Assembly (NCBI RefSeq): GCF_006345805.1
Contig: NC_042999.1
Location: forward strand, 115,816,001 to 115,880,000
DNA from: Octopus sinensis
Taxonomy: Eukaryota
Direction of reading: 5' to 3'
DNA length: 64,000 nt
In this document: positions 63,935 through 64,000 of the stretch, piece after piece
Numbering within the stretch: the first letter of the stretch is position 1
Layout of the letters: every line of letters begins with the position of its first letter
Made by a program: the position numbers and the translations under genes
The notes under the pieces: model-generated
The model's input: the letters and a program-made list of their open reading frames with translations, nothing else
What the model was told of the DNA's origin: nothing
Database searches by the model: none

Positions 63935-64000
63935 TAAAGGATTACCGTCTTTCATAATCAAGATATTGGCAGGTGTAGTTAGTATATTAAGCTTCTTAGT

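Overview
Eukaryotic, AT-rich, microsatellite- and transposon-dense DNA, most consistent with an octopus (coleoid cephalopod) genome; this is inferred from the tRNA-derived SINE families and the (TA)n/(TATG)n/(AAT)n load. I cannot support any named host protein-coding gene. A few splice-flanked exon candidates at 32-39 kb are reported at low confidence, and most ORFs in the supplied track are microsatellite artefacts. Recognisable elements: many SINE copies; non-LTR retrotransposon fragments (R4/Dong-like and another RLE element, CRE-like RT, CR1/L2, Tx1/L1); DNA transposons (IS630/Tc1-like with ~235-bp TIRs, maT DD37D, mariner, hAT, a Helentron-like non-autonomous element); and several Penelope-like elements (PLEs). 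The main unannotated signal is about 13 type I hammerhead ribozyme (HHR) motifs read by eye, from at least six unrelated sequence families. They include minimal and long-stem-II forms, a U3:A8 core variant, and repeated 'inverted half-copy + ribozyme' architectures. The most unusual case is a head-to-head pair of tRNA-headed SINE-like elements (3495-4242) whose 3' part is a hammerhead ribozyme, a candidate Pol III SINE mobilised by Penelope-like elements. TE boundaries are approximate unless a TSD or TIR is quoted.
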